A stretch of 64,000 nucleotides of DNA from an uncultured archaeon (GCA_964486045.1 CAZALK010000008.1:64001-128000), one strand, 5' to 3'; shown: positions 39,344-52,600, counted from the stretch's first letter. A program made the numbers and translations. The notes: generated by a model not told the origin, from the letters alone.

Positions 39344-40441
39344 TTAATTTGCTTCTACTTTTTTAGGAGGAATAAACACATCTCTTGGGCCAGTTCTTTT
39401 TAAGTGTATCGCATCATCAGAGCACTGACGAGTACATACCCCACATCCAATGCATTTTTCTGTGTTAACAATGGCTATATTATCTTCAGCATAAATTGTT
39501 TCCATTGGGCACATTTCAATGCAAGTTCCACATCCCACACATAATTCTTCATCTACTTCAGCAAGATAAGAAGATATAGTGTGTAATGGCATAAATCCAC
39601 CTCGGTACATCCCGATAATGCCGCAACAGCATTTGCAACAATTGCAAATGGCTTCTATACCTCGATTTATATCAGAATGCACGTGAATAACCTTATGAAT
39701 CAACCCTTGATCTTCCGCTTCTCGGAAAATTTTCATAGCTTCTTCTTTCGATACTTTTCTTCCAAAATTCTTATCTATCGCAAATACAGCACTCTTATCA
39801 AAAAGGAAGCAATTTTTCTTTGACGCGCCTAATTTACATGGATCATCTACGAGGTCTTTAGCATGGCGACAATAACAATGTGCTACAGCTATATCATCGT
39901 ATTCATCCACGTATTTTTTAACTTGTTCATATGGCATTACCATCTCGGTTCCAACTTCTACTTCTTGTTCAACGGGAAGTGTTCTATCAATTGCGGGTAA
40001 AGATTTAAACGTTTTGATGGTAGCCTCATAGTTCGCCTGAGTACCTCCTCTTAATTCTGAAAACTGTTTTGCAAATAACCGTGCTAACTTTTTATGTTTC
40101 TCATCTGTCTCTCCTCTTAAATTTGTGTACTCGAATATGCCTGGAAATGGGCCCATAAGCCTGTAAACCATCACTTCCGCGCTTCTACTCATTGCCCCGA
40201 TTATAATACCGTTGTACATTAGCTTATCAAGCATTTGAAGGATGTTTTCTTCATCCATCTCAGTTTTCTGTTTGATTTGCTCAAGTGTCATTGAAGGTTT
40301 TTTGAAGATCAACATGAATTTAGCTTGCTCTTCAGTTACTAGATTTTGGAGAATTTCTATTAGATATTCATTTACAGGAAAAGGAAAAATTCCTGCTTTT
40401 GCAACTGTTCTTGCTACTTTATACCAAAATTTATCGACCAT
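39344..40441 (-). CDS. 4Fe-4S dicluster (ferredoxin) domain protein
   Basis: CYCR, ICNCCKCCC, CVGCGTCIEMCP, CIGCGVCTRQC. Confidence 0.9.
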   Translation of the reverse strand: MVDKFWYKVARTVAKAGIFPFPVNEYLIEILQNLVTEEQAKFMLIFKKPSMTLEQIKQKTEMDEENILQMLDKLMYNGIIIGAMSRSAEVMVYRLMGPFPGIFEYTNLRGETDEKHKKLARLFAKQFSELRGGTQANYEATIKTFKSLPAIDRTLPVEQEVEVGTEMVMPYEQVKKYVDEYDDIAVAHCYCRHAKDLVDDPCKLGASKKNCFLFDKSAVFAIDKNFGRKVSKEEAMKIFREAEDQGLIHKVIHVHSDINRGIEAICNCCKCCCGIIGMYRGGFMPLHTISSYLAEVDEELCVGCGTCIEMCPMETIYAEDNIAIVNTEKCIGCGVCTRQCSDDAIHLKRTGPRDVFIPPKKVEAN

Positions 40442-40621
40442 TTAAATCCCTAAATCATGAATTACATTGCTTTTAAATTATATTTTAAAAAATTCCATAG
40501 TTTAATTATATTACGAGAAAATGTCATAAAGAAGGATATAATTGAGGTGAAATCCAAAAAATCCAAAGACTCATCTAAAATTTAACCTAGAGTTCTCTAT
40601 TACTAATATTATTGGTAAGAG

Positions 40622-40822
40622 ATGTGGGATGAAAAGATGGGAGAAAAAATCCAAGAAAGAATAGATTTGCTAGAGAATTATGTATCGCTTTTAGAAGCGA
40701 TCTTAAAAAATTATGGAATTCAGAATGAATCTAAACCTCTTAACCGTATTCAAGATAGAATTAGATCATATAAGCTTGAACTTCAAATACACAAAGATTA
40801 TCACTTTGAAAATTTAAATTGA
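40622..40822 (+). CDS. small coiled-coil hypothetical protein
   Basis: Amphipathic 66-aa ORF. Confidence 0.55.
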   Translation: MWDEKMGEKIQERIDLLENYVSLLEAILKNYGIQNESKPLNRIQDRIRSYKLELQIHKDYHFENLN

Positions 40823-40847
40823 GTTTTAAAGAACAAAAATTATTATA

Positions 40848-42236
40848 TTACAAATTAAGTTCGATAATTCTATTTTGGTGTAGTTTAACTTTATCTGGTG
40901 TTAAATCATAATATTTCCAAAAGATTAGTGTAGCAATGAGCATAAAAATCACGGGAATTAGAGCGAAATGAACATGTATTCCCCATAATGCTGAAGGTGG
41001 TTGAACTCCAACCCCTCCTCCTTCAACAAATCCTGTTATAGTATGTATTGATGCGAAACTTATCGCTTGCACCAATATAGCTAATCGTCCAAAAAATTGT
41101 AAGAATCCATTGAAAACACCCTCTTGACGCTTTTGGTTATTAACTACTGACTCATTTATAACATCTGCAAATACTGGTGCTAACATTGTCCAATAACCCC
41201 CAAGACCAAAACCCCAAAAAATCATCACTATCAATGCTACGATAACGCTATTAAGAAAAATAAAAGGAATCGTGAATATAGTCAACAGAAAGCTATTTAT
41301 TAACATGATTTTTTTATTATTATCTGTTTTTTGAGCGACATAAGCCCATATTGGTGAGGAGATTAGTGCCCCAACGAGAAATCCAGCAGAAAGTAACGTT
41401 TGAGCCCTTTCCTGCAAAATAAACTCAACAAAAAATGGGATAGATGCTTGGAAAGATATTATAAGGGATCTGTAGAGCGTATAGGAAATTATGAAGAATA
41501 AGAAAGATTTTTGCTTTAGAGTTAATTTTAATGTTTTAAAGAATGAAGTTCTGTCTTCAGTATCATGTTTTTCGAGATAGCGATCAATTGTAACTTGATC
41601 CTCTCGACAACCAGGGATTGAAAGCATTAATACTATTATTCCTATTAATATTACTAATCCAGCGTTAATAAAGAATGTAGCAGAATCACCACTATCTATT
41701 ATCAATGGAGGTAATAAAGCACCGAGAGCTACACCAACTATACCAATAGGAGTTTGTATTCCTGTTGCTTTCCTACGCTCTTTTACATAACGAAATTTAT
41801 CAGGAAAAAGGGACACAAAATTAACAAAAAATATGGAATTAAAAGTATCAAAAATAGCTGTAGAGACAATGAACCAAATAAAAAAAATCCAGGCTCCTGA
41901 GTTAGGATCTACGTCTGGGGGTGTAAATATTAGAACATAACTCAATATATATGCAATACCACCAATTATTATCCAAGGAAATCTCCGTCCCCATTTTTTA
42001 GTGAATTTAAAAGGTCGATTTGTTAAATATCCTACAAGAGGGTCATTCACAGCATTCCAAATAGCATATATTATTACAGCTAAACCAATGATCAATGAAT
42101 CAACACCAATAGTCCTTACATAGAAAGAGTATAACCAAACTGTAAATGCCATCTCCATAAATTCCGTTAAGAATTTACCAAATCCGTATGAGGCTATATT
42201 CAGTTTTGAATGTTCAATTTCCATTACTTCACCCAT
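40848..42236 (-). CDS. MFS transporter, glycoside-pentoside-hexuronide (GPH/MelB) family
   Basis: WNAVNDPLVGY, WGRRFPW, ADVINE..RQEGVF; about 12 TM segments. Confidence 0.9.
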   Translation of the reverse strand: MGEVMEIEHSKLNIASYGFGKFLTEFMEMAFTVWLYSFYVRTIGVDSLIIGLAVIIYAIWNAVNDPLVGYLTNRPFKFTKKWGRRFPWIIIGGIAYILSYVLIFTPPDVDPNSGAWIFFIWFIVSTAIFDTFNSIFFVNFVSLFPDKFRYVKERRKATGIQTPIGIVGVALGALLPPLIIDSGDSATFFINAGLVILIGIIVLMLSIPGCREDQVTIDRYLEKHDTEDRTSFFKTLKLTLKQKSFLFFIISYTLYRSLIISFQASIPFFVEFILQERAQTLLSAGFLVGALISSPIWAYVAQKTDNNKKIMLINSFLLTIFTIPFIFLNSVIVALIVMIFWGFGLGGYWTMLAPVFADVINESVVNNQKRQEGVFNGFLQFFGRLAILVQAISFASIHTITGFVEGGGVGVQPPSALWGIHVHFALIPVIFMLIATLIFWKYYDLTPDKVKLHQNRIIELNL

Positions 42237-42594
42237 AATGAATCACTAGTCTTATAATTAAATTAATAAAATTAGATAAGAATTAGTTGTTTCTCTTTTT
42301 ATAGGTAATGCAATTTCAAAAAAAAATCAAATTTAAATCTTAAAATCTTTCATCAATTCTCAAAGGATATATTAATCATTATTTTTTTCTTAAATTCGTC
42401 TTTAGATCCAAAAGAATATGAAAAAAAGTTATAAAAGGAAACTTAGCTTAAGCTACAAAATTCTCTTCAATTCTCCTTTTTTAGTTTGTACCTAATGTTA
42501 AAGCATTTTAGATGATTGATACAAAAAATTTTTATCGTTTTAAAAATGATTTAGTTTACATATTTAACAAACTTATGATGATTAGGTGACCCAT

Positions 42595-43776
42595 ATGAAA
42601 TTGGAGTACGCGGAAAGGGTAAAAAGCTTACCAAAATATATTTTTGTGCAAATCGAACAACTAATTGCTGAAAAGCGCAAGGAAGGGATCGATTTTATCC
42701 CGTTAGGAATAGGTGATCCAGATTTAACAACTCCTGATATAATAGTTCAGGAGATGGTTGAACAAGCAAGAATTCCAGATAACCAGAACTATCCGTCGAG
42801 TATGGGAGAAGAATTTTTCCGAGTAGAGGTTGCACGATGGATTAAAGTAAGATATGGAGTGGATTTGAATCCTAAAACAGAAGTCACACATGTGATGGGT
42901 GGCAAAGAAGGAGTTGCTAATGTTGCACGAGCTTTTATTAATCCTGGGGATACAGTATTATGTCCAAATCCCGGCTATCCTGTGTATATTAATGGTGCAT
43001 CCAAGCTCTGTGATGGTAAACCATATCTAATGCCCTTAACAAAAGAAAATGGTTTTCTTCCAGATTTAGAGGAAATTGACAGACTAATTCTTAAGAAAGC
43101 TAAATTAATGTATTTAAATTATCCAAATAATCCAACGGGTGCTATAGCACCAATAGAATTTTTGAAAAAAGTTGCTGATTATGCAGAAGACTATAATTTT
43201 ATCATTGTATTTGATAATCCTTATTCTGAATTTACTTTTGACGATTATATTGCTCCGAGTATATTACAAGTAAATAATAACCATGTTGAAATAAACAGCG
43301 CTTCAAAAATGTTCAATATGACTGGCTTTCGCTGCGGCTGGGTTGCTGGAAATGCAGTAATAATAGAAGGCTTACGAAAAATTAAATCTCAAATCGACTC
43401 TGGTGGTCCTATGTTTATCCAGAAGGCTGTGACCAAGGGATTAAAAGAATATAAATCTGAGAAAAAACCAGATATCGTTGCTAAAAGCATAAAAATATAC
43501 GAAAGACGTAGAAATCTTCTTGTTGACGGGTTAAATAAAATTGGATGGAAAACTGATTTACCAAAGGCTACTTTTTATGTGTGGACGCAAATTCCTGAGA
43601 AATTCTGTGAGATGACTTGTTTTAATTTTGTGAAAAAGTTAATAGATATAGGGGTAATAATCACACCAGGGACAGGATTTGGGCAATATGGAGAAGGATT
43701 TGTAAGATTTGCGTTAACCCAACCTGAAGAAAGAATTAAAGAAGCTTTAGAGAGAATAGAAACATTAATCAAATAA
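42595..43776 (+). CDS. PLP-dependent class I/II aminotransferase (LL-diaminopimelate aminotransferase-like)
   Basis: LGIGDPD, GGKEG, PGYPVY, LNYPNNPTG, DNPY, SASKMFNMTGFRCG, PGTGFGQYGEGFVRFAL; AGGTGA RBS before ATG 42595. Confidence 0.9.
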   Translation: MKLEYAERVKSLPKYIFVQIEQLIAEKRKEGIDFIPLGIGDPDLTTPDIIVQEMVEQARIPDNQNYPSSMGEEFFRVEVARWIKVRYGVDLNPKTEVTHVMGGKEGVANVARAFINPGDTVLCPNPGYPVYINGASKLCDGKPYLMPLTKENGFLPDLEEIDRLILKKAKLMYLNYPNNPTGAIAPIEFLKKVADYAEDYNFIIVFDNPYSEFTFDDYIAPSILQVNNNHVEINSASKMFNMTGFRCGWVAGNAVIIEGLRKIKSQIDSGGPMFIQKAVTKGLKEYKSEKKPDIVAKSIKIYERRRNLLVDGLNKIGWKTDLPKATFYVWTQIPEKFCEMTCFNFVKKLIDIGVIITPGTGFGQYGEGFVRFALTQPEERIKEALERIETLIK

Positions 43777-43897
43777 AAAAAGTATTAAAATAATTAGGTT
43801 TAATTTAATTAAGGAATTTTGATTATTTTTATTAAAATAATAGAAATTAATAAGCTACATTATTTATAAGAGAAATAAAAATATTTCAGATAAGTGA

Positions 43898-44374
43898 TTG
43901 ATCATGTTTAAAGGATTACATCATATAGGAGTAATATATAAAGATTTTACAAAAATAGTAGAAATTATTAAAGATTTATTTGGAATGCCACATATACCTG
44001 TTGTTGAATCAGATGTTAAGGTCAATACATATATTAAAGAACTTACTGAACCCTTAAAAATTAAAGTAGGATTTGCTAGTTTTGGGGGCACAATGATAGA
44101 ACTATTTGAACCATTAGATGATAACTCAATTTATTCTGAGTTTCTGGAAACGCATCCTGAGGGAGGAATTCATCACGTTGGTATATTGGTTGAAAATATT
44201 GATGAGGAACTTAAGAAATGGGATTCAAAGGGAATAAAACGGATGATTAGTGGTATTCTTCCGACAACTAGTTTTGTATATTATGATACTAGAGATATGT
44301 TTGGGTATGTTACTGAACTTTTAGATAACGTTCCGCCCCCAACTAAGTTATTATATCGCAATAAAGAGCTTTAG
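43898..44374 (+). CDS. VOC family protein (methylmalonyl-CoA epimerase-like)
   Basis: HHIGV, IELFEP, GGIHHVG, TELL. Confidence 0.85.
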   Translation: MIMFKGLHHIGVIYKDFTKIVEIIKDLFGMPHIPVVESDVKVNTYIKELTEPLKIKVGFASFGGTMIELFEPLDDNSIYSEFLETHPEGGIHHVGILVENIDEELKKWDSKGIKRMISGILPTTSFVYYDTRDMFGYVTELLDNVPPPTKLLYRNKEL

Positions 44375-44462
44375 ATAGAAGTAGGTAAAAGATTTGGTAA
44401 AAAAAAATATAAAAAAAATTTTATTTATATTTTCAAATTGGTTATAAAAATCCGATTAGGAA

Positions 44463-44636
44463 TCAGGATTTATTATGTTTCATTCTAAGATACCCCAATT
44501 TCTTTTGGTCGACATTTTCAATATTTTCAGTGAAATTTGAATTGTCCAACACCAACATAACTGGAGCCTTAGAAGAATCCCAATTTTTATAATAATCTAA
44601 AACCTGATCCATTGAATCTAGGTCTTCCTCCAACAT
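44463..44636 (-). CDS. 57-aa small ORF (not in track)
   Basis: GAGGTGA RBS just upstream of the ATG; MLEEDLDSMDQVLDYYKNW...KHNKS*. Confidence 0.5.
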   Translation of the reverse strand: MLEEDLDSMDQVLDYYKNWDSSKAPVMLVLDNSNFTENIENVDQKKLGYLRMKHNKS

Positions 44637-45042
44637 TTTTTCACCTCGTTTTTTTTTTTTTTTGACATGAAGGAGAATAAAGACTACTCTTGACCTAATT
44701 CGAATAAATTTTATTGAACAGTATTCATAACAGAGAACAAATCAGTAAAAAGTATAAGAAAAAGGTCGGAGCGATTTATTCTCTCTTAATAATACTACGA
44801 ATAACCGGCTTTACTACACATAATAATGTGGTAAAACCAAAAGTATGATCCATAGTATTATACTGTGTCATCAAATAAAAAGTGTAAGAAGTTATATTTA
44901 AATTTTACCCAGATAATTCCCACTTGTTTTGTTTATATGTAAAAATTGTATGAAATTTTTTTAACTATTCATAACAATTCTTTAAATTCACTCTTCGTTT
45001 ATTTACCTAATTACTTTTATATTTGAAATAGCGATGTAACTC

Positions 45043-46365
45043 ATGGAAAAGAGGATTGTTTTAGTAGGAGCAGGATCTACTTCTTTTGGACCTGCTATGT
45101 TTAATGATATCTATCTAAGCGATGTTTTGGCAGGTTCTACAGTTGTTCTTCATGATATCAATAAAGAAAAGCTAGAAATGATTTATGATCTTTTACAAGC
45201 TGAAAATGAAAGAATAGATAATAAATTCAATCTTGAGAGGACGACTAATAGATCAACGGCATTTAAAGGCGCAGATTTCATAATTAATTCAATAGAGGTG
45301 GGTGATCGGTTTACGTTATGGAGACAAGATTATGAAATTCCTAGAAAACATGGTTCACATCAGATTTTAGGTGAGTGTGGAGGCCCTGGAGGCACGTTTC
45401 ATGCGTGGAGGATTATTCCACCAATTGTAGAAATTGCTAAGGATGCTGAAAAAATTTGCCCTGAAGCATTCTTAATTAATTTCTCAAATCCAGTATCTCG
45501 AGTTTGTTTAGCAATTAAAAGAAGCGTAAAAAACCTAAAATTTATCGGATTATGTCATCAAATTAGATTTATGAACAGGCATTTACCAGAGATGTTGAAT
45601 ATTCCAATAAGACAACTTAAAATGGAGATTGGCGGATTAAATCATTTTGCTTTTCTATTGGGTTTGGAAAACAAAATAACAGGCCAAGATTTGATGTCCA
45701 TGTTTAATAAACAAGCTTTAGGGTATTTTACCGAAACTGAAAACCGTTTTGAATTCTCCAAGTTAACGTTTGAATTCTACAAAAGATTTGGATATTTTCC
45801 TTTTGTAGGGGATAACCATTTAGGGGAATTTCTTCAGTTTGGTGAGGAATTCACACAAACTAAAGATATGGTGGATTGGATCGATTTAAATGATAAAGAG
45901 GGACAAGATGTTAATAGGAAATTTCTTAACAATCACAAACTGCTTAAAGGAGGAAAATATCCTAAGAAGGGGATATTGTTTAGAAGACGTTCAGGAGAGA
46001 GGGCAATCCCAATAATTGAGGAAATTATAAATGACAAAAATTATTATGAATTTGCAGTAAATATCCCAAATGATGAGATTATTCAAAACCTCCCCCAGGA
46101 TTTAATTCTTGAATGTTCGGCAGTTGTGAATAAGCAAGGAGTTCAGGGAGTTAAGATTGGAATATTACCTAAGAACATTGCAGCATTACTTCGTATTGAA
46201 GCTACAATACAGGATTTGTGTGTTGAAGCTGTATTGACAAAATCTAGAGAACTAGCAATTGCGTGTTTAGCTATTGATCCTAATGTTGGTAGCTTTGAGA
46301 TGGCGGAAAACATGTTTAATGAGATGATTGAGTTGCAGAAAATTCATTTACCGGAATTCAAATAA
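45043..46365 (+). CDS. glycoside hydrolase family 4 (NAD+-dependent alpha-galactosidase/glucosidase)
   Basis: VGAGSTSF, GADFII, GECGGPGG, INFSNP, GLCH, GLNH, SGE. Confidence 0.92.
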   Translation: MEKRIVLVGAGSTSFGPAMFNDIYLSDVLAGSTVVLHDINKEKLEMIYDLLQAENERIDNKFNLERTTNRSTAFKGADFIINSIEVGDRFTLWRQDYEIPRKHGSHQILGECGGPGGTFHAWRIIPPIVEIAKDAEKICPEAFLINFSNPVSRVCLAIKRSVKNLKFIGLCHQIRFMNRHLPEMLNIPIRQLKMEIGGLNHFAFLLGLENKITGQDLMSMFNKQALGYFTETENRFEFSKLTFEFYKRFGYFPFVGDNHLGEFLQFGEEFTQTKDMVDWIDLNDKEGQDVNRKFLNNHKLLKGGKYPKKGILFRRRSGERAIPIIEEIINDKNYYEFAVNIPNDEIIQNLPQDLILECSAVVNKQGVQGVKIGILPKNIAALLRIEATIQDLCVEAVLTKSRELAIACLAIDPNVGSFEMAENMFNEMIELQKIHLPEFK

Positions 46366-46620
46366 TTAAGAATTCTTAGTACATTGATTACGATTAAAAT
46401 CTTGATAATAGATCAACTTAACATTATGTTGAATTATCGAAATAGTTTTGCTGGTAATTCGTTAAATTTTACCACTAAAACATTTGGTTTACCGTTATTT
46501 TTTGACTATTAGTTAAATAGAAATAAAAATCATTTTATATCAAGACGATCAAATTTCTGATATATTTATTAATCTGAGTTTCTATTAATCCCAAGATCCA
46601 ATTAAAAATAGGATCGAGTT

Positions 46621-49600
46621 ATGAAATCTAAAAATAGCGATAAATCCGAAGAGAGCTTTAAGAAAGCTACTGAATTTCTCCAAAAAATTTGGTGGTTTAG
46701 TTTTTTAGTAGTTATAGCTCCATTAGCAACAGGATTAACAGGTTATTTGATTTTTCGTTTTTTTCAACAGAATTTTTACATAGAATTATCTTTTACAGTA
46801 ATTACGTATATGTTCGCATTACTCTTTTTCTATAAAGCCTTTGATAAGTATAGAAAAAACCCCTTTTTTCTAAATAAAGAAAATAATCTGGTTGCTCGGA
46901 TTCACATCGTCTATTTAATATCTATTCTGGCACTTATTGTTACCCCAATTTTTGTATACATTTCTCCCGCAGATTCATTTTTACTGCTCCCAGTAATAAG
47001 TTTTGTACCTCTTTATAATATAGTATACTATTACTATCGTTTCCAGCCCATTGGTTTTTTCAATAAGGCAGAGGGAGAATTCAAACATGCTACTAATTTC
47101 TTAATATTAGTTAAGCAACCTTATAATTTGATAATCTTCGTTAACTACATTGCTCAAATCATTTTCCTTTCACTTACTTTTTTCACAGAATTCTCGTGGC
47201 TCTTCGCTTTATTAAATAATTTAGCATTTTATCTCATCACATTTACAGTAACGCGAAAAATTTCTCGTGAGATTAACAAGTCTATTAAGGAAAATAAACC
47301 GTTTCTGCAAGATTTAACAAAGTATAAACAGCGGTTTGTTATTTCAATTACAAGCTTGATTTTCATACTCTTAATTCAGATGCCCTTTGTTATAATGGGT
47401 CTTTCAGGTGTTCAATATACAGGTTTAGAATTAATGACTGGTTCTTTTTTAAGTATCATTTTTGTATTGATTTACGTTAAAACTTTATTTTATATTAACT
47501 ATTATTATAACTCTTTACTTAGCATCTATAAAGATCCTACGAAGAGTGATGATTCTGAAGAAGAGATACCCACCCAAGGCATTAAATATCAAAAATATAA
47601 TACTTTTTTATCTGGAGTCTTAATTGGATCTATAACATTTTTTTGTTTTCTAATAAGAGTGCACTGGATATTGTTAATAGTTTTACCATTTTTCTTTATT
47701 TTTGCCTATTATGAACAGAAAGCAAAAATGTACCCAAAACAATATAGTAAATATATTTACCTATTAAATTCTATAAGTATATTAATAGCAATTTCCTTTG
47801 GGCTTTTTTCAAATATATTTTTCCTAAATATCCAATTAATAATATTTTTGATATCACTTTATTTCACTCTACAAATTCTTGTAAGAAATAAGTATTTCAT
47901 AAAGGAAAACATAGTTATTATCCAGAATTTTTTGGCTATTGCAAGTTTTACTATTATAACATATTCAATTTTCGGATATACATCATTTGAAAACCTAATT
48001 GTTTTTGAATTAGCGATATTCCCATCAAATCCCGTAGTAACATTCATTTCTAACATTCTATTACATGGAATATTGATTTCAATTATTTCCTTAGTTTCCT
48101 TTTACTTTTTATTTGTTCGCGTATTCTCCATAAAGCGTTCAAAACTTTTCCGGTTTAGTGTATTTGGCCATGTTTTCCTCATTGAGCTCTTTATCTTTAT
48201 TCTGGTTAATTTAAGGGGCTTTTCCTTGTTTGAAGGAATTATAGCATTAAAACTTCTACTCCTGTCTAGCTTATTATTTCCTTCAATTTTCATATTGTTT
48301 ATATTTGCAAATTATCTATTGGGTCTACTTTCTCGAAAGCACTTTTCGCAATTAATTTACTACTTTTTATGGGTTTTAATAGCAGATATCTTCCTAGTTA
48401 TAATTTTCGTCTTTTTTAATAATACTGTTCTGCCAGTTATGTTAACTTTAGATTTCTTATTTTTGTCAATTTTTTGTCAATTTAATTTGAAATTTGGGTT
48501 GAATTTAGGAAAGGTAAAGGATTCTACATTTGAGCGTTATGTCAAAATAAATCCCTATATTTTGACTCTTGAGTTGTTTGCTCTGTTTTTCTTTTCATTT
48601 TATTCTGTTATATTAATAGATTTAGCATGGTTCGATAAAATCATTTTCTCATCATATTTTTCTTTATTAGTGATGACCTTTTTGATAAACATACTTTCAA
48701 GAAGAAACCGGGTATTTTCAGCCTCAATAGCCTTTAAAATTAACCTAATATTCTTAATGTTTAGTGCTGGTTTGGCTTTTTATTATTCATTCTATTACAC
48801 TCTGAGCACTTTCTACGTATTTGTAACTCCTTTTTTAAGTTTGTTCTCAATCTTATTTTTTCCAATATACTACATGTATAGAAAGAAGATTCACCTACCC
48901 TTAGAAAAAAAATATCAAGAAGAAGAAAAAGGAGAAGAAGATCAAAGAGAAGGAGACGGAGAAGAAAAAGTAGAAAAAGAAGAAGAAAGAGAAGAAGAGA
49001 AAGAAGAAAATGTAATGCGAAAATTTTTAATAGCTGACTGCATAATTTTAGCTATTTTTATAACATTAATACCTAGTATTATCAGCTTAGAGATCTACCG
49101 TTTAGGATTAAGTGTCAATATTTTACCAACTATCAGTTTTACGATACTAATTTTACCATCAATCCTGATTTTTTTTGTATTTGTTAATCATTTATTAGGG
49201 GTGTTTTCTCGAAAACAATTTTTGCTAATAAATCATAATGTACTTTGGTTTTTAATAACCAACATATTTGTTGCAATCTTTCTTACCTTTCTAAGTAATT
49301 TTGTAATTTTAGCTTTAGATTTTCTATTTTTTTCCATTTTTATTCAACTAAATTTAAAGTTTGGATTAAAATTAGGAAGAGTAAAGGAGACTATATTTAA
49401 GAGATTTTCTAATCTTAATTCTTATGTTATGGCAGTAGAACTCTTTATATTGTTCTTCTTCTTCTTTTACTTTCTTATTTTAATTAATTTAGCATTTTAT
49501 GATAACCTTATACTGTCTATTTATTTATCACTGTTAGTTATAACTATTTTGGGTAATTTATTCTCCAAAAAGGAATTAATATTTTCTAATTCAATGAGCA

Positions 49601-52600
49601 TTAAAATTAATATAACCACCTTAATATTTAGTGCTGGTACTGCTTTCTATTATTCGTTTTTATTTACCTTTAGCACTTTCTATGTATTTTTAATCCCGTT
49701 CTTATGCTTATTCTCAATATTATTTTTTCCATTTTACTATCTAATAAAAATGAAGAGATATGAAAATCTGACACGCAAGATTTTAGTAATAGATTGCATC
49801 TTGATCGCCATTTTCCTGACATTCATACCTAGTATTCTAGGGTTGGATTTATATTTTCGCTTGGGAGAACTTGTAGATGTTATTTCATTCTTGAATTTCA
49901 CATTCTATATAGCCATTAGCCTTTTAATCTTCATTTATTATTTAGTAGAGCATTATGGGATGAAGGATAAATACCAACTAGGAGTTTTAAAATCTCAAGT
50001 TATAATTGAAATTTGTTTGACCGGAACGACGGCATTCTATTATATTTTTATGCTATTATCGGGAACGATGTATGGGTTTCTTATTCCTTTTATTGCAGCA
50101 TCATGTTTCTTTTATCTCCCAATTTTATTTTCTTATAAAAAACGACTTTTTAATGTAAATCTTGTAAAAAACACTATATTTGTTAATAGTCTACTCCTTT
50201 CTGGATTAATAGTTTTAATCCCGACTTTTGTAGGATTAGAAATATCAAGTTTAGGGTTAGGAGCGAGAATTGATTTTTTCATGGTTACTGTGTTAACCTT
50301 AATCTTATTGTTTGTTATTTTAAAATTCTTAGATTTTGTTTGTATAAAATTTAAAATATTAGAAAAGATAATAAAACACTTAAAATTACTTGAAATTCTT
50401 GCTTGGTTTTCATTTTCACTTTTTACGGCTTTATGGATCTTCCCTTATCTATTAACAGAATTATCATTTAGTTTGACAATTTTTACATTTTTTATGTTAA
50501 ATATCTATACTTTAAGGTTGTTATCTGATTATTCTAAAGAACTGAAAATCAGTAACTATTTACTTGAAAGTATTCTATATGGCATTGTTTTTTCGTTTTC
50601 TTATTTATTAGTATCTTTAATTCAGATCACATTTATTCTAAACTTCCTCCCATCAGGATTAACTTCATTAAATATCGTGTGGTATCTTGGGCTATTTTTC
50701 TTATTTAGCTTAATTTTCATCAGGTTAAAATTAATAAAACCAAGATTTGAATCGCTTAGAAATTGGGTTGAATTGATTTCTTGGTTTTCATTTAAGATTT
50801 TTGTGAGCCTTTTCATATCCGTGGTTCTTCCCCTTTCAATTTTAACTCAGATAATCATCTTTATATTAATTTTCTCAATTTTAAGCCCTGTAACACTAAT
50901 ATATTTCAAAAAATTGAAAATAATTTCAGAGGTTGCTCAGTTCTTTACAAAAAAAATACTTCTAGCCTTATTTATTATCTCAAGTTTAAGTCTATATTTG
51001 GATCTTTTCAATAATTTTACAAGGCCCATTCTTTCATTTAATATTTCTAATTTTATTCCTCTTACTGTTATTATAGCTAACCTGTTTTTGTTTGTTTATT
51101 TCTGCTTATTGCGATATAATTCGGTTATCGAAAATTATTCGATTACGCAATTGACTAGATTTTATCTTTCATCTTTCTTATTACTAATTAGCCTATTTTT
51201 TATGTATTTTCCATTACCGATATTCTCTTTCTTTACGTTAATTCTTATTATATCGAGACGTAGTATAATAAACATCTTTAGATTTCTTGCTTATCTAATT
51301 CTAGGATATATATTGTTTATAGCAATAACAGCATTTCCGTTTGGTGGATTTATTTATGTGAATTCATTTGATTTAAATTTGTTAGGTTATTATAGCCAAA
51401 TTTATTTATCAGCCTTATCGATTGTTTTACTTTTTTCAATATGGCTAAATATTAAAAAAAATAATATTCTCGAAAAGTTTACTCTATATTCAACTTTCTC
51501 TCTTCTGTCTTTTGTAGTACTGTTCTCCTATTCTTTAATCCCTTTAATCTACAACATTACGATATCACTCTTTATATTTTTATTTTTCATGGGAATTTAT
51601 TTCTATCGACTGAAAAATGTATTATATAAGTGGTTTATTAAGCCTTGTGTTTTATTAGCAGTTTTTGATCTAATGAGTTTCATATCATATTTCTTGCTCT
51701 TTAATCAACCACCTTACAATCAACTCCCTTACGTTGGGCTAAACCAAATACTTACCTTTACGTTGACAATAGGCATAACAGGATTTGTATTTTTGTTTTT
51801 GTTTAACAAAGCTCCTGCAAATTTTAGGAAAAAATCATTTTATTTCGTTCTGTTCGCGATAATATTATGCATACCCACATTTTTGTATTTCCTCATAGTT
51901 TCTTCATTTTCTATACCCTTTGAGGATCCGGTACCGATAATATTTAGTATTAACGTGGGGGTTTTTCTTTTCTATCTTTGCGTGGGAATTTATCAGGGGA
52001 GAGTTTCTTGGGCAATTTGGAAATCAGGTTGGTATGTGTGGAACATTTTACCTTTTGTTAATTTTATAATTATATATAAAAGTTTAAGTGGGGTTGATGT
52101 TATTAAAGATTCTATAAGTCTTTTTGGGTCTAATGGGTTTACAGGTTCATCAATTTTGTCCATAATTATTTGTTCCCTATTTTTCTTACCTGTTATCTAC
52201 GCTAAAATAAAGAAACATTTTTTAAAAATCATCTTTATCGTTTGGGGGGAAAGTCTATTTCTGTTATATTGGATTTCCCAAAATCTATTTTTGAGTGATT
52301 TTTTGTTAAGAAATCTTTTATTTGTTCTTTTTACGGTTCTCTTACTAATGCCCATCTTAATTGGATTGAAATATTGGAAGATCGTATCTATTTTTTGGAT
52401 AACGCTGATAGTCATCAATGCTTTATTTTTGCTCTTTTATTTAGTTTCAATAGGAATTTCATTAGAAGTGACGATTTCAATTGATATCTTAGTAATTGGG
52501 TTATTATTGATTATTTATTCCTTTTTTCCAAATGTTAGATCAATCGGGATTATCTTGATTATCAGTTATTTTATAGTTCTCACCGGTATTTTTATCACAG

